From a virus, in the IMG/VR virus record IMGVR_UViG_3300034198_024209, positions 24,650 to 88,649 of that record: a DNA stretch of 64,000 nt; one strand, 5' to 3'. The notes under the pieces are model-generated. The model was not told the DNA's origin, did no database searches, and saw only the letters and a program-made list of their open reading frames with translations. Made by a program: the position numbers and the translations under genes. This document shows positions 17,752 through 27,137 of this stretch, piece after piece (the stretch's first letter is position 1; each line of letters begins with the position of its first letter).

Positions 17752-19088
17752 TGGCAAACAAAGACATAGTTATACTACAGGAACAGGCAGATGGATCTTT
17801 AAAAGAAACACTTTTAGATGCTGGATTAATTTCGGCTCAGGGTACTCCCATCGTTTCGGATACTGTTCCAGATATAAGCAGTTTTGAAGATGGACAGGTG
17901 TGGATAAGAAAATCCGATTTACAGCAATTTTTTCTATACAATGATGGTGATTCTAGGGCATGGGCGCAATTACCTCCACCTCCACACACACACTCAGAGA
18001 TAGATATTTTAAATCTTGCTGATGTAGCAACATCTGGCAACTATAATGATTTAACAAATAAACCAAATATCGCAGAAGGGATAACTCCAGTTGCAAACAC
18101 TGGTATAAATATAGATATCGCCACTAGCGCAATTAAAACAACCTACAATACATTAATAGCGGACTCTGTAACCAGTATTGCGGTAGGCGGAGCATCGGCT
18201 TTGCCGGCCTCGGCATGGAAAACAAAAAATATAGTTGAAGTACTCGACACTATACTGTTTCCAGATGTTCTTCCTACATACACAGTACCCGCCATTTCTC
18301 TGAACGGTACACAGTCGGGAGAAAAAGAAATCGGTACGACAATTTCTCAAGCGCTTACTTTATCTGGGTCCAAAAATGATGCTGGAGCATTCACGGCGTT
18401 ATCATTGACAAGGGGCAGTACCAGCATTGCCTCTACTTCTTCTCCAACCGCCTCTTCTATCTCTAACATAGCGGATCAATTTGGATATGCTAACCCGAAT
18501 AGTCCAAACCAAAAATACGATCTTACATTTACTGACTCTTCCGTGGTGGTAGCCAGCGGAGCTAATACATGGGCAGCTAGTGGTACATACTCAGCAGGAC
18601 TAGCAAAAAAGAACAATAAAGGGGTTACTGACGCCAGAGCCGCAGCAACCAGGTCTACCTCAGCTCCACAACTCGGAGCAACATTTTCACCATCATCTAT
18701 TACAGTTACAGGAATATATCCATATTTCTATGGGGTTTCTGCCGGGTCTCCAACTTTGGCAAGTATTGCAGCTTTGATAAGTGGAGGCACATCAACTAAG
18801 GTGCTTGCTAATGCCTCTGGAAGCTTATCTATAAATTACACAGCAAATTCTCAATTTATATGGTTTGCGCATAGCGATGCATACACAACTAAAACGAAAT
18901 GGAGTGAGCAAGGTTCTTTATTCAATACTGGTGCAATAGGAAACAGCTCATCGACAGGTTTCATGAAATATCTTGGGACCATCGCGGTCACCTCTCCAGG
19001 TTCTATTTGGACAACTACGTTTAAAATTTATTGCAGCGGAAACGCCACTATAGTTAATTCAGTTGTTTACGTTTTCGCTAATTCATAA
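17751..19088 (+). CDS. virion fibre/structural protein (paralog A1)
   Basis: VATSGNYNDLTNKP fibre repeat, HTH motif; VGG...AWKTK..VEVLD.ILFP block shared with 20500..21747. Confidence 0.7.
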   Translation: MANKDIVILQEQADGSLKETLLDAGLISAQGTPIVSDTVPDISSFEDGQVWIRKSDLQQFFLYNDGDSRAWAQLPPPPHTHSEIDILNLADVATSGNYNDLTNKPNIAEGITPVANTGINIDIATSAIKTTYNTLIADSVTSIAVGGASALPASAWKTKNIVEVLDTILFPDVLPTYTVPAISLNGTQSGEKEIGTTISQALTLSGSKNDAGAFTALSLTRGSTSIASTSSPTASSISNIADQFGYANPNSPNQKYDLTFTDSSVVVASGANTWAASGTYSAGLAKKNNKGVTDARAAATRSTSAPQLGATFSPSSITVTGIYPYFYGVSAGSPTLASIAALISGGTSTKVLANASGSLSINYTANSQFIWFAHSDAYTTKTKWSEQGSLFNTGAIGNSSSTGFMKYLGTIAVTSPGSIWTTTFKIYCSGNATIVNSVVYVFANS

Positions 19089-19091
19089 AAT

Positions 19092-19355
19092 ATGGCTATT
19101 TTACTTAACGACAATTTAAATTTAGCTGCTCCCAAGCCAGTTGATTCTAGGTATGGGCCATATACTTCTTTGGCTCTAGCTATTTCTTCTGTTCCTTCAG
19201 TCAATAGATATTTAGGGCTAACTGTAGGAGTAATTAACTCAGAAGGAAACGTTGTAGAATATTGGTACCCTGATTGCGTTTTAGATTCTTGCTTAGTGGT
19301 AAAAGAAGTATCTCCTGATCTATCTGGGCTTTTAATAGATGGGGGAACATATTAA
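19092..19355 (+). CDS. small structural protein (paralog B1)
   Basis: PVD.RYGPY...R..GLTVG...EYW, matching the N-terminus of 21749..24319; ends IDGGTY. Confidence 0.7.
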   Translation: MAILLNDNLNLAAPKPVDSRYGPYTSLALAISSVPSVNRYLGLTVGVINSEGNVVEYWYPDCVLDSCLVVKEVSPDLSGLLIDGGTY

Positions 19356-19462
19356 ATTTATTTTTTTTATTGATCTGATTCATACGATTGTTTATATTAA
19401 TGAAGTAACAAGATGTTTTAAAATTCATCAGTAAAAATTTAAAAAAAACAAAATAAACTATT

Positions 19463-20437
19463 ATGGCAAATCCAATTATCAAAATCAAAAGAGGTGCAAC
19501 GGCACCAACAACACTTAATAACGGTGAGTTGGCAGTTGATCTAACAAATAAAAATTTATACGTGGGCGATTTGTCCGGCGTTCCACTCGCAATCGGCGGT
19601 GAGGGCACTTTTGCAAAAAAGAACGCTAGTGATGTAGGCTTTACAGGTGGAAATATCAATGGTGTAACTATTGGCAGCACCACAGCAGCAGGTGGTGCGT
19701 TCACTACCTTGACTGCTTCGACGGCTCCTACTGCCGACAATGATGTAGTTCGTTTGAAAGAGCTCAATGACTCTGTTTCTGATCTCGGTTCGGTGTTCCA
19801 TTATGTTGGCGATGTTAGCTCTGCCTCTACTCCCCTTGATCTCAGCACCCTGAGCGATACAACTACTGGTGCTTACTACAAGGTCGATGTCGCCGGAACC
19901 TACACGGCAGGAGCATCTAGCTTCGCGGCCAAAGTTGGCGATGCGTTTGTAAAAACCACAACTGGCTGGCAAAAACTTGACAATGTTGATGTCGAAGTGC
20001 TGCCAACCGCAAACGAAATCGTCGTTACTGGCGATGAGAATGCTGGTTACACGGTTTCCATTGATCCTGTTTTCTCAGGACGGGTTACGACTGCGGAAAG
20101 TGACATCAACGCCCTCGAAACCAAGACGCAGAACATCACAGCCACAAGTGACATAACCACAGTTGCTGGTGTCATGCAGAACGGAAACGGAAGCAATGTC
20201 GTTAACTTCGGCACCGGGAGTTTGACATTTACTGGCGCGCAGGAGTTCGGAGCTGTTTTTGTTAATGTAGACTTGGAAGTTGGTGGCAATACTTATATTG
20301 GAACTGGTGTTGGTGGAGGTAACTTGGAAGTTGGCGGCACTGTTCTTATCGAGGGCAACGCGACCTTCAATGGCAACATCGTGGGAGACGGCTCAACCGA
20401 AATCACCGATTGCATCATTGACGGCGGCGTTTACTAA
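19463..20437 (+). CDS. tail fibre-like protein
   Basis: N-terminal IKIKRG..PTTLNNGELAVD..KNLYVG fibre-anchor motif; ends IIDGGVY. Confidence 0.7.
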   Translation: MANPIIKIKRGATAPTTLNNGELAVDLTNKNLYVGDLSGVPLAIGGEGTFAKKNASDVGFTGGNINGVTIGSTTAAGGAFTTLTASTAPTADNDVVRLKELNDSVSDLGSVFHYVGDVSSASTPLDLSTLSDTTTGAYYKVDVAGTYTAGASSFAAKVGDAFVKTTTGWQKLDNVDVEVLPTANEIVVTGDENAGYTVSIDPVFSGRVTTAESDINALETKTQNITATSDITTVAGVMQNGNGSNVVNFGTGSLTFTGAQEFGAVFVNVDLEVGGNTYIGTGVGGGNLEVGGTVLIEGNATFNGNIVGDGSTEITDCIIDGGVY

Positions 20438-20458
20438 AAAATAACTAAAAAACAAAGT

Positions 20459-20485
20459 CCTCCAGAGGTTCGATTCCTCTGGAGG
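20459..20485. other. 10-bp hairpin with a tRNA T-loop-like loop
   Basis: CCTCCAGAGG-TTCGATT-CCTCTGGAGG, followed by CAAACCA. Confidence 0.7.
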
Positions 20486-20499
20486 CAAACCATTCTATA

Positions 20500-21747
20500 A
20501 TGGCTAGTCCAAAAATAATTCCCAAAAAAAGCACTATTGCTGAACGGGTTCCAGTAAGCGGGGACCTTGATGCAGGCGAGATTTGCATAAATCACGCCGA
20601 TAAAAAACTTTATGCCAAGCATCCCAGTACGGGGGTTATTCAGGAGATTGGTAGTCTTTCGGCTCATTCGCACGATGAGCTTTACTCGTTAGATAACTCT
20701 CAGCACATTGAGCTTCAAAATAATGGAGCGCTCGTTTTAAATGGTTCTACCACGCTCACACTACCTAGTGCTTCTGGTACTCTCGCACTATTAGATGATG
20801 TTAGCGGCGGGGGAGTCTCTACAACACCAGCAAATTCAGGACTAACTATCACAGACGATTCTATTACTACTGTATATAATACAGCGGTTCCAGACGCTAC
20901 AGTTAGTATGGCTGTAGGTGGGGCCTCGGCTGCTGCAGCCAGCGCATGGAAAACAAAAACAGTTGTACAGGTTCTTGATGAAATATTATTCCCTACCGTA
21001 TTGGCATCTATCGGTACAAACAAATCTGTTTCTCTGGCTGTTAGTGGGACTAGTGGAGTTCTTGAAATAGGAGAATCTTATTCTAGAACGCTCACAGCAA
21101 CATTCAATAGGGGTACAATCCTTAATGGTAGTGGTACAACAAATTCAAATCTTTTGGTGGGGGCAGTAGAAGATTATACATTTACAGGGACAGGAATATC
21201 CAGCACAACTCAAACCGGAAATACGCTATCATTCACATCCACCGTTGTATCTGGATCTAACAACTGGGCAGTAACAGCTACGCACGGAGCGGGTTCAGGA
21301 GCTTATTTTGACAATAAGGGAGTAGCAGGAACAAACTTAAATGGTTCCAGAGTGGCCGGAAGTGCTACGGATTCTTCTAGTTCTCCGACAATCACTGGAC
21401 TCCATCCATATTATTACTACAAGAGCTCAAGCCCTATCACATCTGCTGCTATGGTTGCAGCTATAGAGGGTGGAACGGCTACGAAGGTTATAGCGAGTAG
21501 CACAGGAACATTATCCATTCCATATGCTGTAACTGCACAGTATCTAGCTGTAGCATATCCAACTACCAGTACGTTAAAGACTCGTTTTTTTGTTACTGTT
21601 AGTGATGCTGACGTTATTACCGTTGTGTTTCAAGCTGTGACTACTCCAAGCGTCACCACCGCTCTTTGGACTCAAACATACAATGTTCATGTGAGCAAGA
21701 GTGCACTTACCAACACTAACACTATCATAGAATTGAGGAACTCTTAA
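20500..21747 (+). CDS. virion fibre/structural protein (paralog A2)
   Basis: N-terminal K.S....VP...DL..GEICIN.AD.KLY anchor; body paralogous to 17751..19088. Confidence 0.7.
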   Translation: MASPKIIPKKSTIAERVPVSGDLDAGEICINHADKKLYAKHPSTGVIQEIGSLSAHSHDELYSLDNSQHIELQNNGALVLNGSTTLTLPSASGTLALLDDVSGGGVSTTPANSGLTITDDSITTVYNTAVPDATVSMAVGGASAAAASAWKTKTVVQVLDEILFPTVLASIGTNKSVSLAVSGTSGVLEIGESYSRTLTATFNRGTILNGSGTTNSNLLVGAVEDYTFTGTGISSTTQTGNTLSFTSTVVSGSNNWAVTATHGAGSGAYFDNKGVAGTNLNGSRVAGSATDSSSSPTITGLHPYYYYKSSSPITSAAMVAAIEGGTATKVIASSTGTLSIPYAVTAQYLAVAYPTTSTLKTRFFVTVSDADVITVVFQAVTTPSVTTALWTQTYNVHVSKSALTNTNTIIELRNS

Positions 21748-21748
21748 T

Positions 21749-24319
21749 ATGGCACTTTCAGGCATTCAATTCTCCGGACCGATACTTGTAGGCCTTAACC
21801 AGCCTGTTGATGTAAAATACGGACCATACTCTACAGTATCTGCGGCACTTTCGGAAATACCTCTTACATTGAGACACATCGGTCTCACAGTTGGGATCAA
21901 TGACACCACAGCTGGATTAAAAGAATATTGGTTTAAATCAGGTACAGCCAATGCAGACTTAGTATTAAAAGACGAGGGAGGAGCTATCACTGTGAGTAAA
22001 GTACTTACAGATGGTAGCTATAGCGGAGCTGTAACGAATGTAACAGGGCTTAGATTCGACGAAGATTCAGGGTTTGATGTTGTGGACTTGGGGGGCGGCA
22101 ACGCCAAAGTCCAAATGAACTCCACATTCAAGTATTGGGAGGTGAATGGGCAACCCGGTCTAACTGCTCAAGGGTTAGATACCGCTAATTTTATAGCCGG
22201 CTCGGGAGTAACAATCGCCGCTAATTCCGTAGATAACTCTCTGACATTTACCGCTACGGGCGGCGTCACCAGCTACAACGAACTCACCGACCAGCCAACG
22301 CTTGGCACAGCAGCGGCTACGGACTCGACCGACTACGCCACTGCCGCGCAGGGGGCTAAAGCGGACGCAGCCAGCCAGCCGGGGCATAAGCACAATCAGC
22401 TTTATTCGCCAAATGAAACAAAACAATTAGAGCTTAAAGATAGTGGAGAGCTAACTCTTCCCAATGGTGGAAGTATTTCTGCTTCTGCAACGGCAGAGGG
22501 ATCGCTCACTCTTACGCCACCAAACGCAGGCGCAGGTCAAGGGCTTGTGGTTCGCCCAACTGTATCTACTTGGAGTATAACTTCTAGTGGTAATATCGTA
22601 TATGGTAGTCCTATTACAATTTCTGTAACTCTAGGGAGTTGGGCTTATTTTGGAACAGTAAACTATACGATCTCTGGTACTGGAGTCACCGAACAATCAT
22701 TGGGTCGAGCACTAACTGGAAAATTAACTTTCGTAAGCACATCTGCTCCAGATACCGAAACAATCACATGGACCATACCAGCCAATAGTAATATTACTGA
22801 ATTTACTTTAACACTAACAAGTGTTGATGGAGAAAGATCGACTGATATATTGACCGAAAATGCTCCGGCGTTATATTACAATTTTGAATATAACGGTTTA
22901 CCTACTAACCAATTTGTTACTGTAACCAATAACGGAACATCCAATTCAGAACATAGTCATGTTCATCTCATATCGGCAGACCCCTCAACGGTTGATATTT
23001 ATTTAGGTGACGACGATCAATATGTAAAGATCGAGCGTAATGCAGGCGGTATTGTTATTGGAAATAATAGTAATACTAAACAATGGAATTTTAAGACTGA
23101 CGGTGTTCTTGAGTTACCTGCTGGGGGCGACATAACGCTCGGCGGAACTTCGGTTTTGGGTGGTGGCACACAAGCTAATTGGAACTCCACATCGGGGCCG
23201 TCGCAGATTTTAAATAAGCCGACACTTGGCACAGCAGCGGCTACGGACTCGACCGACTACGCCACTGCCGCGCAGGGGGCTAAAGCGGACTCTGCTTTGC
23301 AGGCATCCGCGCTCACGCCATACCGCACTATCGAGGCGCAAGATGCTATTGATAATGGATTTGCGTCGGAAAATCATACTCATGCCCTTTCTGAACTGAC
23401 TCAATCCGGTGCCGCTAATGGTCAAGTTATTGCATGGGATGGGGCTGCGGGTGCGTGGGTTCCGTCTTCTTCTTCGTCAAGCGCAGGCGTTTCTGATGGA
23501 GATAAGGGCGATATTACGGTTTCAGGCTTAGGAACTACCTGGACCATTGACAATGGCGCGGTTACATATGCCAAAATGCAGAATGTTTCTGCAACTGATC
23601 GGCTTTTGGGTAGAGCAACAGCGGGAGCAGGGGCAGTAGAAGAGATCGGATGTACGGCTCTTGGAAGATCTATCATCGGAGAGTCAATTGCGGGAAATGT
23701 TAGATGGCGTATAGATGCTGCGGCGACTAACCACACACATACAACTTCACAGATAACAGATTGGACTGCCGCTATTTCTACGAAAGCCGATGCAAATCAC
23801 CAGCACACTATTTCACAGGTAACAAATCTATCTAGTTCGTTAGCTGGAAAATCTGCTGTAGGGCACACTCATGTAATGTCGGAAATTACTGATTTAACAT
23901 TTCCAACGGCGTCAGTTTATTACGGAGATACCCCACCTACAGACACCACATACAACCTATGGATTCAAACCAGCACAGCTAGGATTTTTAATAAAATCGA
24001 TGGCTACTGGGTAGAGGCGGCTGCAGGTTTTGGTCCTCTAGTAATAGAAGGAACTGGCGGAGGGGGAACGACCCCTGGTCCTGGAACTGGTGGGGCGGTA
24101 GACAGTGTGAACGGCTTGATAGGGGCAGTGACTTTAACTCCGTCGATAATTGGAGCCGCAAACGCAACACATTCCCACGCTATTTCAGAGGTTACTAATC
24201 TTCAATCAACTTTAAATTCAAAAATATCAAACACCGGAGGTATAAACGGAATAGCTATTGTTTCTGCGTTGCCTTCTGTGGTGGACACAAATGTTTTGTA
24301 TGTTATAGTTCCTACTTGA
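21749..24319 (+). CDS. long tail-fibre-like protein with HxH repeats (N-terminus is paralog B2)
   Basis: Repeats HTHALSEL, HTHTTSQI, HQHTISQV, HTHVMSEI and HSHAISEV; VDSVNG..GAV; DGDKGDITVS. Confidence 0.8.
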   Translation: MALSGIQFSGPILVGLNQPVDVKYGPYSTVSAALSEIPLTLRHIGLTVGINDTTAGLKEYWFKSGTANADLVLKDEGGAITVSKVLTDGSYSGAVTNVTGLRFDEDSGFDVVDLGGGNAKVQMNSTFKYWEVNGQPGLTAQGLDTANFIAGSGVTIAANSVDNSLTFTATGGVTSYNELTDQPTLGTAAATDSTDYATAAQGAKADAASQPGHKHNQLYSPNETKQLELKDSGELTLPNGGSISASATAEGSLTLTPPNAGAGQGLVVRPTVSTWSITSSGNIVYGSPITISVTLGSWAYFGTVNYTISGTGVTEQSLGRALTGKLTFVSTSAPDTETITWTIPANSNITEFTLTLTSVDGERSTDILTENAPALYYNFEYNGLPTNQFVTVTNNGTSNSEHSHVHLISADPSTVDIYLGDDDQYVKIERNAGGIVIGNNSNTKQWNFKTDGVLELPAGGDITLGGTSVLGGGTQANWNSTSGPSQILNKPTLGTAAATDSTDYATAAQGAKADSALQASALTPYRTIEAQDAIDNGFASENHTHALSELTQSGAANGQVIAWDGAAGAWVPSSSSSSAGVSDGDKGDITVSGLGTTWTIDNGAVTYAKMQNVSATDRLLGRATAGAGAVEEIGCTALGRSIIGESIAGNVRWRIDAAATNHTHTTSQITDWTAAISTKADANHQHTISQVTNLSSSLAGKSAVGHTHVMSEITDLTFPTASVYYGDTPPTDTTYNLWIQTSTARIFNKIDGYWVEAAAGFGPLVIEGTGGGGTTPGPGTGGAVDSVNGLIGAVTLTPSIIGAANATHSHAISEVTNLQSTLNSKISNTGGINGIAIVSALPSVVDTNVLYVIVPT
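22301..22366 (+). repeat. 66-bp exact direct repeat, copy 1
   Basis: CTTGGCACAGCAGCGGCTACGG...GCTAAAGCGGAC, identical to 23225..23290. Confidence 0.9.
23225..23290 (+). repeat. 66-bp exact direct repeat, copy 2
   Basis: Identical to 22301..22366; encodes LGTAAATDSTDYATAAQGAKAD. Confidence 0.9.
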
Positions 24320-24320
24320 T

Positions 24321-26828
24321 ATGCCTGAAATTTCTGCAGCTTCTGAAATTGTTTTTAACTCTGCCAATGCCTCAAGCGCATTTTTTGGAAATACTAGAGT
24401 TTGGCGCTCGCCTATTTATGTAAAAAACGGACAAGCAGACACAGTGCCGCAAGAAGTTTATCAAAGTAATTTTACTGGTTCCGATTTAGCTGCTTCTGGG
24501 CTTTATACACAGGGTGGGGTTAACGGGAATTGGATTCTGAACACCGATAACGATTATGTTACGGGAGTTCAGACAGCCGGCAATCCCCGAGGAGGTTTGT
24601 TTTCCACTAACACTTGGAGCAATGAGAACGGGTTTACTTTAAAAGCAACATGGAGAAACACTGCCACCATGACACGATTTTCGGTTGGCTTGGTTGTTTC
24701 TTCGTATGCGACTACAGCCAGCTCGGATCCCTTTAACCAAAGTACTCCAGGAGCGTATGGCATCGGGTTTTCTACTGCTGGAGAGTTTAGTGGGCAGTTA
24801 GTTTTTAATAATGGAATAACAACAACTTCATTAAGCTCGGCACAGGGAAATGAAACAATAGGGGTCACGCAAACCCTAGAGATAACGGTTACTGATGGAG
24901 GCTGGAGCTATAGTCTCAATGGAGCAGCCTCTACCACTGGGTCATTTACATTTAATTTCAGGAATAGGGATTACAGATTTGCCGCTTGGGCGCAGAATAT
25001 CCCAAATTCTCAAATTTCAAGCATTAAGATAACCGGACTTCCGGTGTACGGAACTGGCCGTGAAAATGTAGCTATGGGGCATAGTGGCAGTTTTCTTATT
25101 ATTACGCCAGATGGTTATCTCAGGAGTCTGGGAATATCTGGAGCATCCGGCGAGGGAGTTGTCCCTACCACTTATCGAGGACAAAATTTGGTTAAAAAAG
25201 TATGGGCCGGAACAGATCAATCTTTTTTATTAACTACAGATAACTTACTGTACGGTTGGGGCTCCAGTTTCGGCGGAGTAACACAAATTCCTACGTCTCT
25301 CAAAACAGCTCCCGGAAATAATTTAAGAGATCTTTGTCCTATATCTGCAAGTCACGCTGTTGCAATTAAGTCGGATGGTCGCGCTGTTGGTTGGACTAGT
25401 TCTTCCTCAGGTATTCCTCACTTGAGTGTAATAAATGCTGGCGGAGCAGCAACATCTGGAACAGGAAACTGGACAAATCTAAAAAAAATTGTAACTGCAG
25501 ATGGTACGTCTATACTAGGGCTACGCACAGATGGCTCAATAGTAGCTTCTTTTGCTTTTGATGGTACACACCCAACTACAGGAATAAAACATATACATTC
25601 CAATTATTGGAGGATGGTTATTTTAGATAATACTGGGACTGCGTATACTGTATACAAGAGACATGATACTCTTGGAACGATGCCCCCAGAGGGCTCTGGA
25701 ATTACAGAAATATGGCCCCATTCTAATAACGCCCATTTTTGGCGTCAAAACGGAGTGATTGGGGGCGGGCCCCCCGAGGCAAGTCAACTTCCAGCAGAAC
25801 TTCTGAGCGCAGGATCGAGTATAACAGAGATTTATAATACTAGATCTTGGGCTTGCGCGGCGGTAACAAGAGACTCTAGAAAATCTGAGTTAGTTTTTTG
25901 GGGTGCTCTACGCAATACCAGTACTTCTGATAATGTAGCGGCCACAGGAATTGAGGACGATCCACAGGCCCCGCGAGATTTTTATACTTGGTGGAGTCCT
26001 TATGATATAAATACTACGGTTTGGCTAGATCCAACAGATAGAAGATACATAAGTTTTGCAACTACGTATACAGTTTCAGCTGTGTCGGATAGGAAAAATT
26101 CAGGGATGTCTCTCACTCAACCCACAGCTGCCAACAGACCGCAATCAGCTCTCCAGCTTTTATCGTTTGTTCCTAGTGCGATAATAAATCTGAATCGTTC
26201 TATATGGTTTGACACATCCGCTAAAGCACTTTTAGCAAGAGTAAGCGGTGTGGATAGAAGTATTTCTAATTTAGAGTCCGGGACACCGTACGCACAAGAA
26301 ACCGTGTTCGCTGTAATAAGAAAGAACCAAGACACTACAAGTAATTCATGTTTATTGCAAGAAACTTCTATCGGGAGCAATTTGGCTGGTAGAAATATAT
26401 TTTGGACCCCAAGTAACAAATTATATGTAGATTTTGGAACAAATGCCGACAATACTCAGATAAATAGACTCATAGTGGATAATTTTTTTACGGGGACATA
26501 TCCCGAGCTGTTTATTTTATCGATTACAATGAACACCAACCCAACCGGAGCAAATCCGGGATTTAGTGTATGGGTAAACGGGTCTTTAAGGGCAACAGGG
26601 CCAGCTTTATCTGGAGCGGTTTGCAGTGCAGGAGGGTCGACCGTATTAGGAAACGACGGGGGTGGAGCATTTTTAAACGGGACACTTGGAGAGCTTGTTA
26701 TGTTAAATTATATTCCAGGGGAAGATATTAGGCAAAGAATCGAAGGATATCTGGCTTGGAAATTTCAAATAGCTTCGTCGCTGCCGAGTGGTCATGGATT
26801 TAAAGACAATCAACCATTAAGAACTTAA
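24321..26828 (+). CDS. putative receptor-binding protein (lectin-like, degenerate RCC1-like repeats, C-terminal LamG-like domain)
   Basis: HAVAIKSDG..VGW-type repeats; C-terminal WLD...Q..AANRP...IEGYLAWKF..SLP.GH. Confidence 0.65.
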   Translation: MPEISAASEIVFNSANASSAFFGNTRVWRSPIYVKNGQADTVPQEVYQSNFTGSDLAASGLYTQGGVNGNWILNTDNDYVTGVQTAGNPRGGLFSTNTWSNENGFTLKATWRNTATMTRFSVGLVVSSYATTASSDPFNQSTPGAYGIGFSTAGEFSGQLVFNNGITTTSLSSAQGNETIGVTQTLEITVTDGGWSYSLNGAASTTGSFTFNFRNRDYRFAAWAQNIPNSQISSIKITGLPVYGTGRENVAMGHSGSFLIITPDGYLRSLGISGASGEGVVPTTYRGQNLVKKVWAGTDQSFLLTTDNLLYGWGSSFGGVTQIPTSLKTAPGNNLRDLCPISASHAVAIKSDGRAVGWTSSSSGIPHLSVINAGGAATSGTGNWTNLKKIVTADGTSILGLRTDGSIVASFAFDGTHPTTGIKHIHSNYWRMVILDNTGTAYTVYKRHDTLGTMPPEGSGITEIWPHSNNAHFWRQNGVIGGGPPEASQLPAELLSAGSSITEIYNTRSWACAAVTRDSRKSELVFWGALRNTSTSDNVAATGIEDDPQAPRDFYTWWSPYDINTTVWLDPTDRRYISFATTYTVSAVSDRKNSGMSLTQPTAANRPQSALQLLSFVPSAIINLNRSIWFDTSAKALLARVSGVDRSISNLESGTPYAQETVFAVIRKNQDTTSNSCLLQETSIGSNLAGRNIFWTPSNKLYVDFGTNADNTQINRLIVDNFFTGTYPELFILSITMNTNPTGANPGFSVWVNGSLRATGPALSGAVCSAGGSTVLGNDGGGAFLNGTLGELVMLNYIPGEDIRQRIEGYLAWKFQIASSLPSGHGFKDNQPLRT

Positions 26829-26833
26829 AATAT

Positions 26834-27136
26834 ATGCCAATAGATTTTCCAAATTCACCAAGTGACGGATATATTTATCCGCCAGAAAACGCAACAGCCA
26901 TTGAAGGCCGTCGCTGGAAATGGGATGCTGCAACAGGCGCGTGGCTTAATTACGCCGCTAGTCAGCCGTATACCTTACAAATCTACAATGTGGTTAACTT
27001 ACAACCAGAGTTAGATAGCAAAATAGAAAAACAAGGGGCAGACACTACTCCAGTTAATACTATTCGTTGTGTTACACAGGCCGAATACGACGGATTGACA
27101 AAAGATGCAAATACAATTTATTTCATAAAACAATAA
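26834..27136 (+). CDS. small fibre adaptor protein
   Basis: N-terminal DFPNSP..G...WKWD and C-terminal TQAEYD.L.KD.NTIYFI motifs, both shared with the collagen-like fibre. Confidence 0.65.
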   Translation: MPIDFPNSPSDGYIYPPENATAIEGRRWKWDAATGAWLNYAASQPYTLQIYNVVNLQPELDSKIEKQGADTTPVNTIRCVTQAEYDGLTKDANTIYFIKQ

Positions 27137-27137
27137 T

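Noticed and set aside
20459-20492. Fifth tRNA gene
   Set aside because: Only a T-loop hairpin is present; there is no D arm or anticodon arm.
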